Shown here: one piece after another, positions 7,102 through 16,746 of the stretch
How the letters are laid out: each line of letters opens with the position of its first letter
Position numbering within the stretch: the first letter of the stretch is position 1
DNA from: Clostridium cylindrosporum DSM 605
Lineage (GTDB): Bacteria > Bacillota > Clostridia > Clostridiales > Caloramatoraceae
Assembly (NCBI RefSeq): GCF_001047375.1
Contig: NZ_LFVU01000004.1
Span: 168,513-200,512 of the forward strand
Reading direction: 5' to 3'
Length of the DNA stretch: 32,000 bases
The notes under the pieces: model-generated
Databases searched by the model: none
The model's input: the letters and a program-made list of their open reading frames with translations, nothing else
Told to the model about the DNA's origin: nothing
Position numbers and translations under genes: made by a program

Positions 7102-9363
7102 CTATTTTTTCTTCTTATCCTTTTCCTTAGGAAGCATTACACATCCTGTATATGGGTTATAGTACATAAGCCATATACCTGCGTTCCCATGCTTAGCCCA
7201 GCTTACAAATCCGGTCATTCCCTTATATGGTTGATGTGATTCCTTCTTTTCCCCTTCAACACCATATACAAGGTATTTAACTTCTCCATCCTTATCATAC
7301 TTAATACCAAAGTAGTAATATCCTTTACACTTAAAGTATTTTACATAATTGATATATGGATAAGTCATTTTTAGATGATGGATTGCACTATGATATGGGT
7401 AATGTGCATTATCCTTATTAGGGAACTTGTGGTTTTCACGAACCTTCCAGAATCTTATATCCTTGGCTCCCTTAACTTTAACCTCTTCAAATTCCTCTAG
7501 AATTTTATGAAGGATTTTCGCATATCCCTTTTTCTTATGGTCATGATGATCATGATGCTTATTACCATGATCGTGTTTATGATGATTATGATTGCATCCA
7601 CAATTATTATGATGACCATGGTGGTCTTTATCATGATGGTCATGACCTATATGATCTCCGTGTTTACCACACCCATGATGTTCATGGTGTCCTTGTCCAT
7701 GATGCTTGTGGTCGTCATCATCATGGCATCCGTGATGTCCTTGGTGTCCATGTCCGTGATGCTTGTGGTCGTTATCGTCATGGCATCCATGATGTCCTTG
7801 GTGTCCTTGTCCATGATGCTTGTGGTCGTCATCGTCATGGCATCCGTGATGCCCCTGGTGTCCATGTCCATGATGCTTGTGGTCATCATCATCATGATCT
7901 CCGTGATGCCCCTGGTGTCCATGTCCTTGATGCCCGTGATTATCATCATCATGGCCTCCATGATGTCCTTGGTGTCCATGTCCGTGATGCCCGTAGTCGT
8001 CATCATCATGGCCTCCTTGGTGTCCATGTCCGTGATGCCCGTGCTCGTCATCATCATGGCCTCCATGATGTCCTTGGTGTCCATGGTGCCCGTGATGATT
8101 GTTACATGAGTGATTTTCTAGTAAATTTTTATACTTTCTGATTTCCTGATCTAAGAATTCTTTAAATAGCCTTTGGACTTCATCATCTAGCCTATCAAAG
8201 TCAACTTTAACATCATCAGAAAGCTTATCCTTATCTAAATTAACTACCTCTAATGCTCTAGTAAGAATACTTACTTCACAACCAATAGATCTATTAAGAT
8301 CCCTTGCATCCTCTATAATTTCATCATAGTGGAAGGCATCTGAGAACCTATCTTCGCTTTCAAGTATATACATTTTATTAACTTCAGGAATATTTAGACA
8401 ATCCATTTCTTCAAAATCTCTAGTCATACTTTCTGCATAGCTATTGTCAAAATCTATAAAACTTATTTCATTCTCATAGTGTTCAAACTTCAAGCCTTCT
8501 TCTGAATAAGAGTCTATATAATCATCGTCATTTCTTTGAAGTTGTTCGTCAATGTCACTAAGACTAGTGTAGTCAGGTATATCATTATCAACTTCCTCAA
8601 ATTCAATTGAATCATTTCTATCTTCTACTGAATCTTCAGCATCAGATTGTACATCCTCTGTCTCTTCTATTGACTTTTCTACTAATTGTCTTGTCTCTTC
8701 AACTATGTCCTGACTTTCTTTTAAAACTTCTATTGACTCTTCTATAGATTCTTCTATTGATTCCTCTATTGATTCCTCTACTAGTTGTCTTGTTTCTTTA
8801 ACTATATCTTGATTTTCTTCTAGAACTTCAACTTGAGCTCTTTCTACTATATCAGCAATTTCTTCTTCTATAGTAGTTTGTTCAGCTTGTTCAGTTTCTT
8901 TAATTTCTTCTGAAGAAGTTTTCTCCTCCTCAGCAGAAACGAATGACCTACTGCTAATCTTTTCCCTCCATGGCGTTCTATCCTTTCCAGAATAGCCTGC
9001 AAGTGGAACCTGTAGTCTGTTACCTTCCTTAACTACAGCTGCTACATTAAATTTATCTGGAGTAAGACCTGTACCAAATATGTTCTTTGCGTCTTGTTCC
9101 CATACAGTTTCTCCCTTACCAGACTCGTCAACTTCAAGTTCACCAAGATTTGCAACAATAGCTGGATTTTTAGATGAGTCTACTAAGTAACAAGAATATG
9201 GACCCTTATCCCTATTTAGGTTTTGAGCGTATACTGTGATCTTGCACTTCCCACTTCTAGTCTCAATTTTAGTGTACCCTGTAGGTTGCTTATCACTTGA
9301 TATCTCAAAGCCCTTGTCTTCCTCACCAAATATGAGAAAGTATCTATTGTACTTTTTACTCAA
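7102..9363 (-). CDS. 753-aa protein: N-terminal globular domain, long acidic region, histidine-rich tandem repeats, C-terminal Tyr/Lys-rich domain; unknown function
   Basis: Long uninterrupted ORF with a TTG start 6 nt after the SD GGGAGGG. About 8 units of HKHHGHGHQGHHGCHDDDD. ESIE repeats. Confidence 0.85.
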   Translation of the reverse strand: MSKKYNRYFLIFGEEDKGFEISSDKQPTGYTKIETRSGKCKITVYAQNLNRDKGPYSCYLVDSSKNPAIVANLGELEVDESGKGETVWEQDAKNIFGTGLTPDKFNVAAVVKEGNRLQVPLAGYSGKDRTPWREKISSRSFVSAEEEKTSSEEIKETEQAEQTTIEEEIADIVERAQVEVLEENQDIVKETRQLVEESIEESIEESIEESIEVLKESQDIVEETRQLVEKSIEETEDVQSDAEDSVEDRNDSIEFEEVDNDIPDYTSLSDIDEQLQRNDDDYIDSYSEEGLKFEHYENEISFIDFDNSYAESMTRDFEEMDCLNIPEVNKMYILESEDRFSDAFHYDEIIEDARDLNRSIGCEVSILTRALEVVNLDKDKLSDDVKVDFDRLDDEVQRLFKEFLDQEIRKYKNLLENHSCNNHHGHHGHQGHHGGHDDDEHGHHGHGHQGGHDDDDYGHHGHGHQGHHGGHDDDNHGHQGHGHQGHHGDHDDDDHKHHGHGHQGHHGCHDDDDHKHHGQGHQGHHGCHDDNDHKHHGHGHQGHHGCHDDDDHKHHGQGHHEHHGCGKHGDHIGHDHHDKDHHGHHNNCGCNHNHHKHDHGNKHHDHHDHKKKGYAKILHKILEEFEEVKVKGAKDIRFWKVRENHKFPNKDNAHYPYHSAIHHLKMTYPYINYVKYFKCKGYYYFGIKYDKDGEVKYLVYGVEGEKKESHQPYKGMTGFVSWAKHGNAGIWLMYYNPYTGCVMLPKEKDKKKK
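7644..8095 (-). repeat. In-frame 57-bp tandem repeat array (~8 units, one of 48 bp) encoding the His/Gly/Asp-rich units
   Basis: The unit boundary GATGC(T/C)(T/C)GT recurs at 7701, 7758, 7815, 7872, 7929, 7986 and 8034. Confidence 0.9.
8728..8775 (-). repeat. 12-bp tandem repeat x4 encoding (ESIE)n within the acidic region
   Basis: TTCTATTGACTC / TTCTATAGATTC / TTCTATTGATTC / CTCTATTGATTC read consecutively. Confidence 0.8.
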
Positions 9364-9448
9364 CGATTTCCCTCCCTAGGCATAGTTATCATTACATTAT
9401 ATGCATGGCTAATGAAAAATGTACCTTTAGGGGAAATTTTCTTTGTTA

Positions 9449-9664
9449 ATGTAAGTATAGGGTGATGCAGTAGTTGTGTATGGGCTAAGCCAGGCGAGGT
9501 CTTCGAGAAGATCTTCTACTCTGCCTAAATGCTCCTAGACTAAGTGCGACGCAAACTCGCTTCTCTCAAACATGCTTTCTTACTAAGTCTAAGAACATTT
9601 AAACAGATAAGAAGCTCTACCTCTTGACTCTATTGACTTAGCCCCATGCACAACTACTTACAAT
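9449..9664 (-). repeat. Long-hairpin repeat element, copy 2 (apex on - strand)
   Basis: Apex complement CGCAAACTCGCTTCTCTCAAACATGC at 9550-9575. Arms GTAGTTGTGTATGGGCTAAG (from 9470) / CTTAGCCCCATGCACAACTAC (to 9657). Confidence 0.78.
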
Positions 9665-9885
9665 CAAACAAATCCTATATAACGATATTGAATTTTGTCT
9701 TTGTATATATGAAGACTTTTTAGATGGATTGGCTTTTTACTTACCCGAAGTGTTTAAAAGTAAAGCATTATCCCTAGCACTGTGAAGATGATTAAGTCTT
9801 TTAGAGCACTTATAATATTAAAAACCTGTAAGCAATAGCTTTTTAAATTTAAGCATACAAAATATCCTCTGTCTAGAATCACTGC

Positions 9886-9930
9886 CTGAAGGTCTCGTGG
9901 TTTCAGACACCAATACCACTACTGCATAGC
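9886..9930 (+). repeat. Orphan arm (half copy) of the hairpin element, abutting the rsmA stop codon
   Basis: CTGAAGGTCTCGTGGTTTCAGACACCAATACCACTACTGCA resembles the right arms of copies 2 and 4 (CTCGAAGATCTCGTCGGTTTAATCCTAGGCTACACTACTGCA). No apex is present. Confidence 0.45.
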
Positions 9931-9938
9931 AGCCTTTC

Positions 9939-10781
9939 CTACATCATCTCATATATTACATTAGAAAGCATAGCAAATTCTTGAATAGTTAGTGTTTCTC
10001 CACGTCTTTTCTCATCTATTCCTGCTGCCGCAAATGCTTCCTTTAGCTTGTCACTTGGAAGACCCACTGGCTTTAAGCTGTTTAGTAGTGTTTTACGTCT
10101 CATGTTAAATGAGTCTCTTATTATTCTGAAGAATAGCTTTTCGTCTTTTACATCTACTTCAGGTTCTTTTATGTTCATTTTAACTACCATTGATTCAACC
10201 TTTGGATTCGGTATAAAGCATGATGGTGGTGCTTTTACTACTTTCTCTACATCTGAGTAGTAGTTAGCAAGTAGAGTTAATGCACCATAGTCTTTAGTTG
10301 AAGGCTTTGCTATAAGTCTTTCAGCTACTTCTTTTTGTATCATAACTGTTATACTTTTAACTCCCTTAGCTTCCTTGAATATCTTATTAATTATAGGAGT
10401 TGTTACATAATAAGGTAGGTTGGCAACTACTTTTATGTTGTCCATTCCCTTTTCTTCAAATAGCTTGTTAAAGTCAACCTTAAGTGCATCTGAATGTACT
10501 ATTTCAACGTTATCATAACTACTTAGTGTTTCTCCAAGGATTGGGATTAATCTATCGTCTATTTCTATAGCAACTACTTTCTTACATCTGCTTGCCATTT
10601 CTTGAGTAAGGACTCCTATTCCAGGGCCTATTTCAAGTGCACATGATGTATCATCAAGTTCTGCTGAGTCTACTATTTTAGTTAGTACATTGTTATCTAC
10701 TAGGAAGTTTTGTCCTAGTGACTTTGCAAATCTAAAGTCAAAATGACTTACTATATCCTTTGTTTTTGAAGCTAAATTCAT
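9939..10781 (-). CDS. rsmA: 16S rRNA (adenine1518/1519-N6)-dimethyltransferase RsmA/KsgA
   Basis: N-terminal SLGQNFLVD, SAM motif EIGPGIGVLT, and NLPYY. 280 aa. Conserved position after rnmV. Confidence 0.95.
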   Translation of the reverse strand: MNLASKTKDIVSHFDFRFAKSLGQNFLVDNNVLTKIVDSAELDDTSCALEIGPGIGVLTQEMASRCKKVVAIEIDDRLIPILGETLSSYDNVEIVHSDALKVDFNKLFEEKGMDNIKVVANLPYYVTTPIINKIFKEAKGVKSITVMIQKEVAERLIAKPSTKDYGALTLLANYYSDVEKVVKAPPSCFIPNPKVESMVVKMNIKEPEVDVKDEKLFFRIIRDSFNMRRKTLLNSLKPVGLPSDKLKEAFAAAGIDEKRRGETLTIQEFAMLSNVIYEMM

Positions 10782-10785
10782 ATTA

Positions 10786-11316
10786 TTATATCCTTTCTAG
10801 TGCTTTTTCAAATTCTTCACGTGTAATGGAATATCTATTTAGTCTACTTAGGAACTGCTTAGCATTACCATAGCCTATTCCAAGAATGGCACCTAACGCA
10901 TCACGACGCTTCGTAGCATCGTTTCCTCCTGAAAGTCTATAGACAATCATATCAGTCATAGTGAATTCCTCGCGAGGGTTCTCAACCTCTGTCTTAACCT
11001 TAGATAAGGCTGCAAGTATGCTCTCAGGAGATGCATTCTCTATTCCTATATCTCCATTTAGTGTTCCCTCAATTCTTGGAAGATACGCATGCTTACATCC
11101 TTTTATCTTAGATGCTATAGTTTTTCTGATTTTCTCCCCTGGAAAATCTGGGTCAGTGAATATAATCACTCCCCTTTTCTCTACTGCATCTTCTATTCTC
11201 TTAAGTATCTTAGGGGTAATCCCGAAACCAGATGTAATAATACAGTCAGCATCTACTGCTCTTTTAACTGCACTAACGTCATCTTTCCCCTCAACTACTA
11301 TAAGTTCTTTTATCAT
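10786..11316 (-). CDS. rnmV: Ribonuclease M5 (Toprim domain)
   Basis: IVVEGKDD ... FTDPDFPGEKIR Toprim signature. 176 aa. Immediately upstream of rsmA, as in Bacillus. Confidence 0.9.
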   Translation of the reverse strand: MIKELIVVEGKDDVSAVKRAVDADCIITSGFGITPKILKRIEDAVEKRGVIIFTDPDFPGEKIRKTIASKIKGCKHAYLPRIEGTLNGDIGIENASPESILAALSKVKTEVENPREEFTMTDMIVYRLSGGNDATKRRDALGAILGIGYGNAKQFLSRLNRYSITREEFEKALERI

Positions 11317-11440
11317 AAGTTCAACGCCTTTCTTTTATGACTACTATTTATTCTATTATATCATCTTAATAGAAATAAGCGGTAAATAACTTTTAATCTT
11401 GTTAGTTATTCACCGCTTAGGTTTAATTTAATAGTACTTT

Positions 11441-13120
11441 TTAATTTTTCTCACTTTCAGTTTCAGATTCTTCTATATCTATTTCTGGAATTATAACATT
11501 CTCTTCTTCTATATCTACCTCTGGCACTATGACATCCTCTATTACTATATTTTCAAATACCGCTTCATTCACCCTTTGACCCTCAGGTAACCCTTTAATA
11601 TCTAGGTTAATGTTCTTCATAGTCTTAGCTTGAATTGTATTTGATTTCATTACATCTGTTAAGTCAAATCCTATTGTCTCCTTTACTGCCTCATTAACAG
11701 CCTTCATCGCTCCAACTGTGTACCTTGCAACATCACTTGCTCCGTTTTGACCCTCACCAGAGCCTCCTATGATTGTAATATTTCCAATCTTAGATAATGG
11801 TTCTGCTACGGCTCTCGCTATTTCCGGTAGTTTCTCAATTACCATTTGCAGCTTACCAGCCTCATCCATTTTAGCAAGTGCTTCAGCTTTCTTTTCTAGG
11901 GCCTCTGCCTCAGCGAGTCCCTTTGCCTTTATTGAATCTGCTTCAGCTTTACCTTGGGCCTCAATTACCTTAGCCTTAGCTTGTCCTTCAAGTTCAAGCT
12001 TTCCAGCCTCAGCTTCTGCTTTCTTTAATTCCTCAAACTTGTTAGCTTCAGCCTCAAGTTCTCTCTTCTTTCTTTCAGCCTCAGCTGGTTTTACTACTGT
12101 TTCTAGTAGTTCAGCTTCTTTTCTTTCAGCTTTCTTTTGAGCTAGTTCGATATTTCTTTGTTCCTTGGCTATTTGAACTTGTACCTCTGCTTCAGCAACT
12201 TCTTTATTACGTTGCTCTTCAAGAACTCTTGCATCCATTTCAGTATTTTTAACTTCCTTAGATGTTATATTTTCTTGAATCTTATATGCTGCATCTGATA
12301 CTGCTCTTTGAGTCTCTTGTTCTCTACTATAGTCTAATATCTTAAGCTCTTTATTTTTCTCTGCTTCAGCGATTTGTGCCTCTGCTTCTAGTTCAGCTTG
12401 CTTACCAAGTTTACGTGCTTCAGCTGTTCTAATTTGCTTTTCCTTCATAGCTTCTGCTGTACGTATTTCACGTTCCTTAGCAGCTTCTGCCTCTGCTATA
12501 GCCGCTGATGACTTAACCTTAGCGATTTGCTCCTTACCTAGTGCCTCTATATATCCATCATCATCGGTTATATCATTAATAGTAAATGACTTAAGTTCAA
12601 GACCCATTTCTCCAAGCTCAGTTCCTGCTACTTCTTGAATTCTAGCTGCGAAGTCTTCTCTGTTATTGTATATCTCTTCAACACTCATTGCTGAAACTAT
12701 TTCACGAAGTTTACCTTTACATACCTCAGATGCTTGAGTTCTAATTGTATCTACTGTTTGAGATTCCTTAGCACAGTTAAACTGTTGAACCGCTGCCATT
12801 ATACTATTTTCATCGTTTTTAACTTTTAATACTACTATACCTTCAGCATTAATTGGTACCCCAAGGGATGTCTTAGTTTGTTTTATTTGTACATCAAACA
12901 TGATATTCTCTAGTGTAATTATATCCATTCTCTGAACTATTGGAATAACCATGGTTCCTCCGCCTGTTACAACTTTAGGCTTTCCAAGACCTACAATGAT
13001 TGCCGCCTTATCTGAGGGTATCTTCTTCCATGTACTCAATATCCCTATTAAAATAATTACAAGCCCCAGAATAATTAATCCTGCAACTCCTAAAGCTGAA
13101 CCAAATATCAAATCTCCCAT
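11441..13120 (-). CDS. Flotillin-like SPFH/band-7 protein (FloT/YuaG-like), 559 aa
   Basis: N-terminal TM hairpin, an SPFH domain, and long Ala/Glu/Lys coiled-coil repeats (AEAEA...). Follows an NfeD gene. Has an acidic C-terminal tail. Confidence 0.9.
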   Translation of the reverse strand: MGDLIFGSALGVAGLIILGLVIILIGILSTWKKIPSDKAAIIVGLGKPKVVTGGGTMVIPIVQRMDIITLENIMFDVQIKQTKTSLGVPINAEGIVVLKVKNDENSIMAAVQQFNCAKESQTVDTIRTQASEVCKGKLREIVSAMSVEEIYNNREDFAARIQEVAGTELGEMGLELKSFTINDITDDDGYIEALGKEQIAKVKSSAAIAEAEAAKEREIRTAEAMKEKQIRTAEARKLGKQAELEAEAQIAEAEKNKELKILDYSREQETQRAVSDAAYKIQENITSKEVKNTEMDARVLEEQRNKEVAEAEVQVQIAKEQRNIELAQKKAERKEAELLETVVKPAEAERKKRELEAEANKFEELKKAEAEAGKLELEGQAKAKVIEAQGKAEADSIKAKGLAEAEALEKKAEALAKMDEAGKLQMVIEKLPEIARAVAEPLSKIGNITIIGGSGEGQNGASDVARYTVGAMKAVNEAVKETIGFDLTDVMKSNTIQAKTMKNINLDIKGLPEGQRVNEAVFENIVIEDVIVPEVDIEEENVIIPEIDIEESETESEKN

Positions 13121-13140
13121 TATTCTTCCCTACCTTTACT

Positions 13141-13719
13141 TTAATATTTTTGTAATGGTGACACATAACAAACCTTCGCCTGCTTATCAAAGTCTACTAT
13201 TAGAACCTTATCCCCTTGACGCAGTTCATATAGTTCCTCAGTATCTAACTCATGACTCATTTTTGCTGCATATGTTATTTTGGCTCCTGTACTGTCCAGT
13301 ATCGATACTGTGCCAGCTTTGTCATTTGTCACTCTTAGTGTTAATGTTCCTGTTTTTCCAACTAACTCATTATGTGTTAATGCCCTTGGTACATTAGCCT
13401 TAAGCCTTTTTATTATTAGCTTAAAACATAACACGTAAGCTATTATTGAAATAAATAATGATGCTACTATACATATCATTATAGTTAACTTATTGGTTGC
13501 ACCTTGTACTAGAAACCTTCCAAGTGCACCAAACACTATTAATGAAAAGCATAAACTCATTAAATTAAATGGGAGAGCTCCTTCACCCCCTGCATCTGTA
13601 TCGAATCCCACATGAAAAGCTGCTCCCATTGTTCCAATAAATATATTTAGTAGTGGTATACCGATTCCTAGTATCATACATACATTAAAAATCAGTATTA
13701 ACCTATCTACACTCAACAT
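13141..13719 (-). CDS. NfeD-family membrane protein (YuaF-like) with C-terminal OB-fold
   Basis: Several TM helices, then GKTGTLTLRVTNDKAGTVSI...GDKVLIVDF, typical of the NfeD C-terminal domain. Precedes the flotillin gene by 20 nt. Confidence 0.85.
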   Translation of the reverse strand: MLSVDRLILIFNVCMILGIGIPLLNIFIGTMGAAFHVGFDTDAGGEGALPFNLMSLCFSLIVFGALGRFLVQGATNKLTIMICIVASLFISIIAYVLCFKLIIKRLKANVPRALTHNELVGKTGTLTLRVTNDKAGTVSILDSTGAKITYAAKMSHELDTEELYELRQGDKVLIVDFDKQAKVCYVSPLQKY

Positions 13720-13825
13720 ACCACCCCCTATAGATAATGTTTAATTTCATATTGTATAAAATATTACCAACAAAATCACCATTTGTAAAATATTCACTAA
13801 TTTTTACCTTAATAAAATTAAAACA

Positions 13826-13863
13826 AAAACTCCTCAAGGATTCTCTCATATATCCCTGGGGAG
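13826..13863 (-). terminator. Intrinsic terminator after the ABC transporter operon
   Basis: ACTCCTCAAGGA / TCCCTGGGGAGT stem with loop TTCTCTCATATA. A TTTTTGTTTT run follows on the minus strand. Confidence 0.75.
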
Positions 13864-13874
13864 TTAATCTTCAT

Positions 13875-14612
13875 CTAGGCAAAGTAGTTCTCTATATTTT
13901 TTAAGGATCTATCTACAATTAAAGCAATTAAGCATATTGGAATGGTTCCTTCCATTATAGCTATAGGATTACTATTTTTCATGGATGAAAATAAAAGCAT
14001 TCCAAGGCCTCCACCACCTATATTAGAGGCTAAAGTAGCTGCAGATATATTTATTATAAGTGAAGTTCTTAAACCTGAAATAATAACAGGAATAGACATA
14101 GGCAATTCTACTTTATATAAGCACTGTAGCTCACTCATTCCAATCCCTTTAGAAACTTCTTTAATATCATGTGGAACATTTTCTATTCCTGAAACAAATG
14201 CCATAAATATAGGTACAATACCTGTTATTGTAAGTGCTACTATTGCAGGTTTTATTCCTGTTCCCATAAGGGGTACCATTATATATAGTATTGCCATTGA
14301 TGGCACCATATATAAAGTGTAAGTCCATTTTTCAAAAATCAATTTTACTTCTTTACCGATTTTTAACGAACATATTATTCCTAAGGACCCCCCTATTAAT
14401 ATAGCTAAAATACTTGAGATTAATACTATATTAATATGCTGCTTAATTAACTCTAACAATTCATACCTACCATCCCAGGCAATATTAGAGCCAAAAATAT
14501 CATATAAATAAACCTTATACTTTTGAAAGTAAAGTGTAAATAGTAATAATATAATACTATTTATTATTACACTAACCCATGACTTTAGCTTTGAGTTCAT
14601 TTGCAGTTCCAT
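13875..14612 (-). CDS. ABC transporter permease, osmoprotectant (glycine betaine/choline/carnitine, OpuB/OpuC-type)
   Basis: 245 aa, multi-TM, binding-protein-dependent transport inner-membrane pattern. Overlaps the ATPase gene end. Confidence 0.88.
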   Translation of the reverse strand: MELQMNSKLKSWVSVIINSIILLLFTLYFQKYKVYLYDIFGSNIAWDGRYELLELIKQHINIVLISSILAILIGGSLGIICSLKIGKEVKLIFEKWTYTLYMVPSMAILYIMVPLMGTGIKPAIVALTITGIVPIFMAFVSGIENVPHDIKEVSKGIGMSELQCLYKVELPMSIPVIISGLRTSLIINISAATLASNIGGGGLGMLLFSSMKNSNPIAIMEGTIPICLIALIVDRSLKNIENYFA

Positions 14613-15576
14613 CCAATCTATTACAATTATTCTCTGTAATATTAAGCCTTAAAAAACTTAATATATCTTGAATCTCAACAGTATACTTGTACTTGCTTTG
14701 AATATCGTTAATTTCAATTTTACTCTTACCATCCTTAACCATAACCGCAAGTAATTCTTGTATAGACATTTCTTTTATTACTATATTTTTGCTACTATAC
14801 TCTACTTTGCTTTTTAACACATCTGAAACTTTATACTTTAATAATAACTTTAAGGAATATTCACTTCCTAAAAAGTCTTCTACGAATTCATTTTTATTTT
14901 TCATTATTAAATTAACAGGGTCATCATAATTTTGTACTTTCCCATCACTTAAAACAGCAATTTTGTTCCCTAAGATTATAGCTTCCTCTACATCATGGGT
15001 AACAAATATAACTGTTTTCTTTAATGACTGTTGTATTTTTAAAAATTCTATCTGCAGCCTTTTTCGATTTAAAGGGTCAACAGCTCCAAAGGGCTCGTCC
15101 ATCAATAATATTGGTGGGTCTCCAGCAAGTGCCCTAGCTACACCAACTCTTTGTGCTTCTCCACCTGATAATTCCCTTGGCTTTTTTTTCTTAAATGTTT
15201 CTGGTTCTAATCCTACTAATTCAAGTAATTCATTTACTCTATTATTAATTTTGCTCTTAGACCATTTTAGAAGCTTTGGGGTTACAGCAATATTTTCATA
15301 AACCGTCATATGTGGAAAAAGCCCTACAGACTGAACCACATATCCAATGCTTCTGCGTAAAGCTACTATGTCATAATCATTAATATTTTTATTATCAATA
15401 TAAATATTGCCTTTACTTGGAGTAATAAGTCTATTTATCATTCTTATGATTGTTGATTTCCCACATCCTGAAGACCCTAATAAAACCGATATTTCACCTT
15501 TGTTTATTTTTAGGCTTACATCATTTACAGCTAAAGTGTCTTCATATGTTTTTGTGATATTTTCTAAACGTATCAT
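14572..15576 (-). CDS. ABC transporter ATP-binding protein (osmoprotectant uptake type) with a C-terminal regulatory extension
   Basis: Walker A GSSGCGKST, signature LSGGEAQRV, Walker B ILLMDEPFGA, H-loop VTHD. 334 aa. Confidence 0.95.
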   Translation of the reverse strand: MIRLENITKTYEDTLAVNDVSLKINKGEISVLLGSSGCGKSTIIRMINRLITPSKGNIYIDNKNINDYDIVALRRSIGYVVQSVGLFPHMTVYENIAVTPKLLKWSKSKINNRVNELLELVGLEPETFKKKKPRELSGGEAQRVGVARALAGDPPILLMDEPFGAVDPLNRKRLQIEFLKIQQSLKKTVIFVTHDVEEAIILGNKIAVLSDGKVQNYDDPVNLIMKNKNEFVEDFLGSEYSLKLLLKYKVSDVLKSKVEYSSKNIVIKEMSIQELLAVMVKDGKSKIEINDIQSKYKYTVEIQDILSFLRLNITENNCNRLDGTANELKAKVMG

Positions 15577-15588
15577 AAATTCACACCT

Positions 15589-16728
15589 TTAATATTTTGT
15601 TTTTTCAATTATTATCTTTATAAAGCTATCGAATAAAAATGTTACTATTACTATTGGCAATATTCCTAGTATCATAAGATCCATAGATTCCCTCTCTACT
15701 AGAAATACTCCTAGGCCTCCTCCACCAGTAAATGCAGCTAATGATACTGCGGATATAGTATAAATTACAGCTAATCTAATCCCTGATAAAATAATTGGTA
15801 AGGCAATAGGAACTTCTATACTAAGAAAAATCTTCCCATATCTCATTCCCATAGATTGAGCTGTTTCTAAATAGCTTTTATCAATACTTTTAAATGCCGC
15901 TCTTGTATTATGTAAAATAGGAAACAATGCATAAAATAATAATGCAATAAAGGCTGGTGCAACGCCAAACCCTGATATTCCCATTTTCCTCAATACGTGA
16001 AATTTATTAGATAAAATATATAAAGGAATCATTAATATAGCAATAAATGATATAGCAGGTAAAGTTTCCGTTATATTTAAAATGCTAAATATTATTTTGT
16101 CTAACTTTTGTGATCTATTTATCAAATAGCCTAAGGGAACACCTATTAAAATAGCTGATGCAATAACAGAAATTGAAATTTCAATATGCTTTATTAATGC
16201 AAGCCATAATCGATCTTTTTTACTTTCGTATTCCATAACAATCCCTAATCCAGATAAATTGTGTGTTATTAATAAAATAATTAATAATGCTAGTGGAATA
16301 AAAATAATAGAATACCTTTGAAATTTATTATTGATACCTTCTAAGGACTTAATAATTATTCCATACATAACAAATAACCATATCCACATTGTTAATCCTA
16401 TAGTTAAACGTGAATAGGGAGTTTTATCTAAAGGTAACCACTTAAGTGCATTTGACATGTAATATAGAGTAACAATAATCAATATGCCAGCTAACAAACC
16501 ACAAAAATACCCAGTATATTTATATCTTTTTCTAACTAAACTTAATAAAAATATAATTATGCATCCTATTAATATAAATTTAAAACCAGAACCAAGACAA
16601 GTGTTTGCGCTAAGCGAAACACTTGTCTGAATTCTCATTTTCTTAAAATTAATAAAATTAGGGGAAAATAAAAGCATAATTGAAAATAAAGTAAGAACAC
16701 TTAATACCTTATCTATTTTTCCGCTCAT
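15589..16728 (-). CDS. ABC transporter permease (osmoprotectant type) with a ~170-aa N-terminal multi-TM extension
   Basis: 379 aa. The C-terminal half resembles the 13875-14612 permease (AATLA/AAFTGGGGLG motif). SD AAGGAGAG. Confidence 0.88.
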   Translation of the reverse strand: MSGKIDKVLSVLTLFSIMLLFSPNFINFKKMRIQTSVSLSANTCLGSGFKFILIGCIIIFLLSLVRKRYKYTGYFCGLLAGILIIVTLYYMSNALKWLPLDKTPYSRLTIGLTMWIWLFVMYGIIIKSLEGINNKFQRYSIIFIPLALLIILLITHNLSGLGIVMEYESKKDRLWLALIKHIEISISVIASAILIGVPLGYLINRSQKLDKIIFSILNITETLPAISFIAILMIPLYILSNKFHVLRKMGISGFGVAPAFIALLFYALFPILHNTRAAFKSIDKSYLETAQSMGMRYGKIFLSIEVPIALPIILSGIRLAVIYTISAVSLAAFTGGGGLGVFLVERESMDLMILGILPIVIVTFLFDSFIKIIIEKTKY

Positions 16729-16746
16729 TTTACTCTCCTTAAAACA

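Noticed and set aside
7507-8109. 200-aa (+) ORF and 145-aa (-) ORF (7647-8084) overlapping the histidine-repeat region
   Set aside because: Both are alternative-frame read-throughs of the 57-bp tandem repeat and give low-complexity M/V/I/T-rich strings. Neither has an SD. The 753-aa frame is continuous with well-formed flanking domains.
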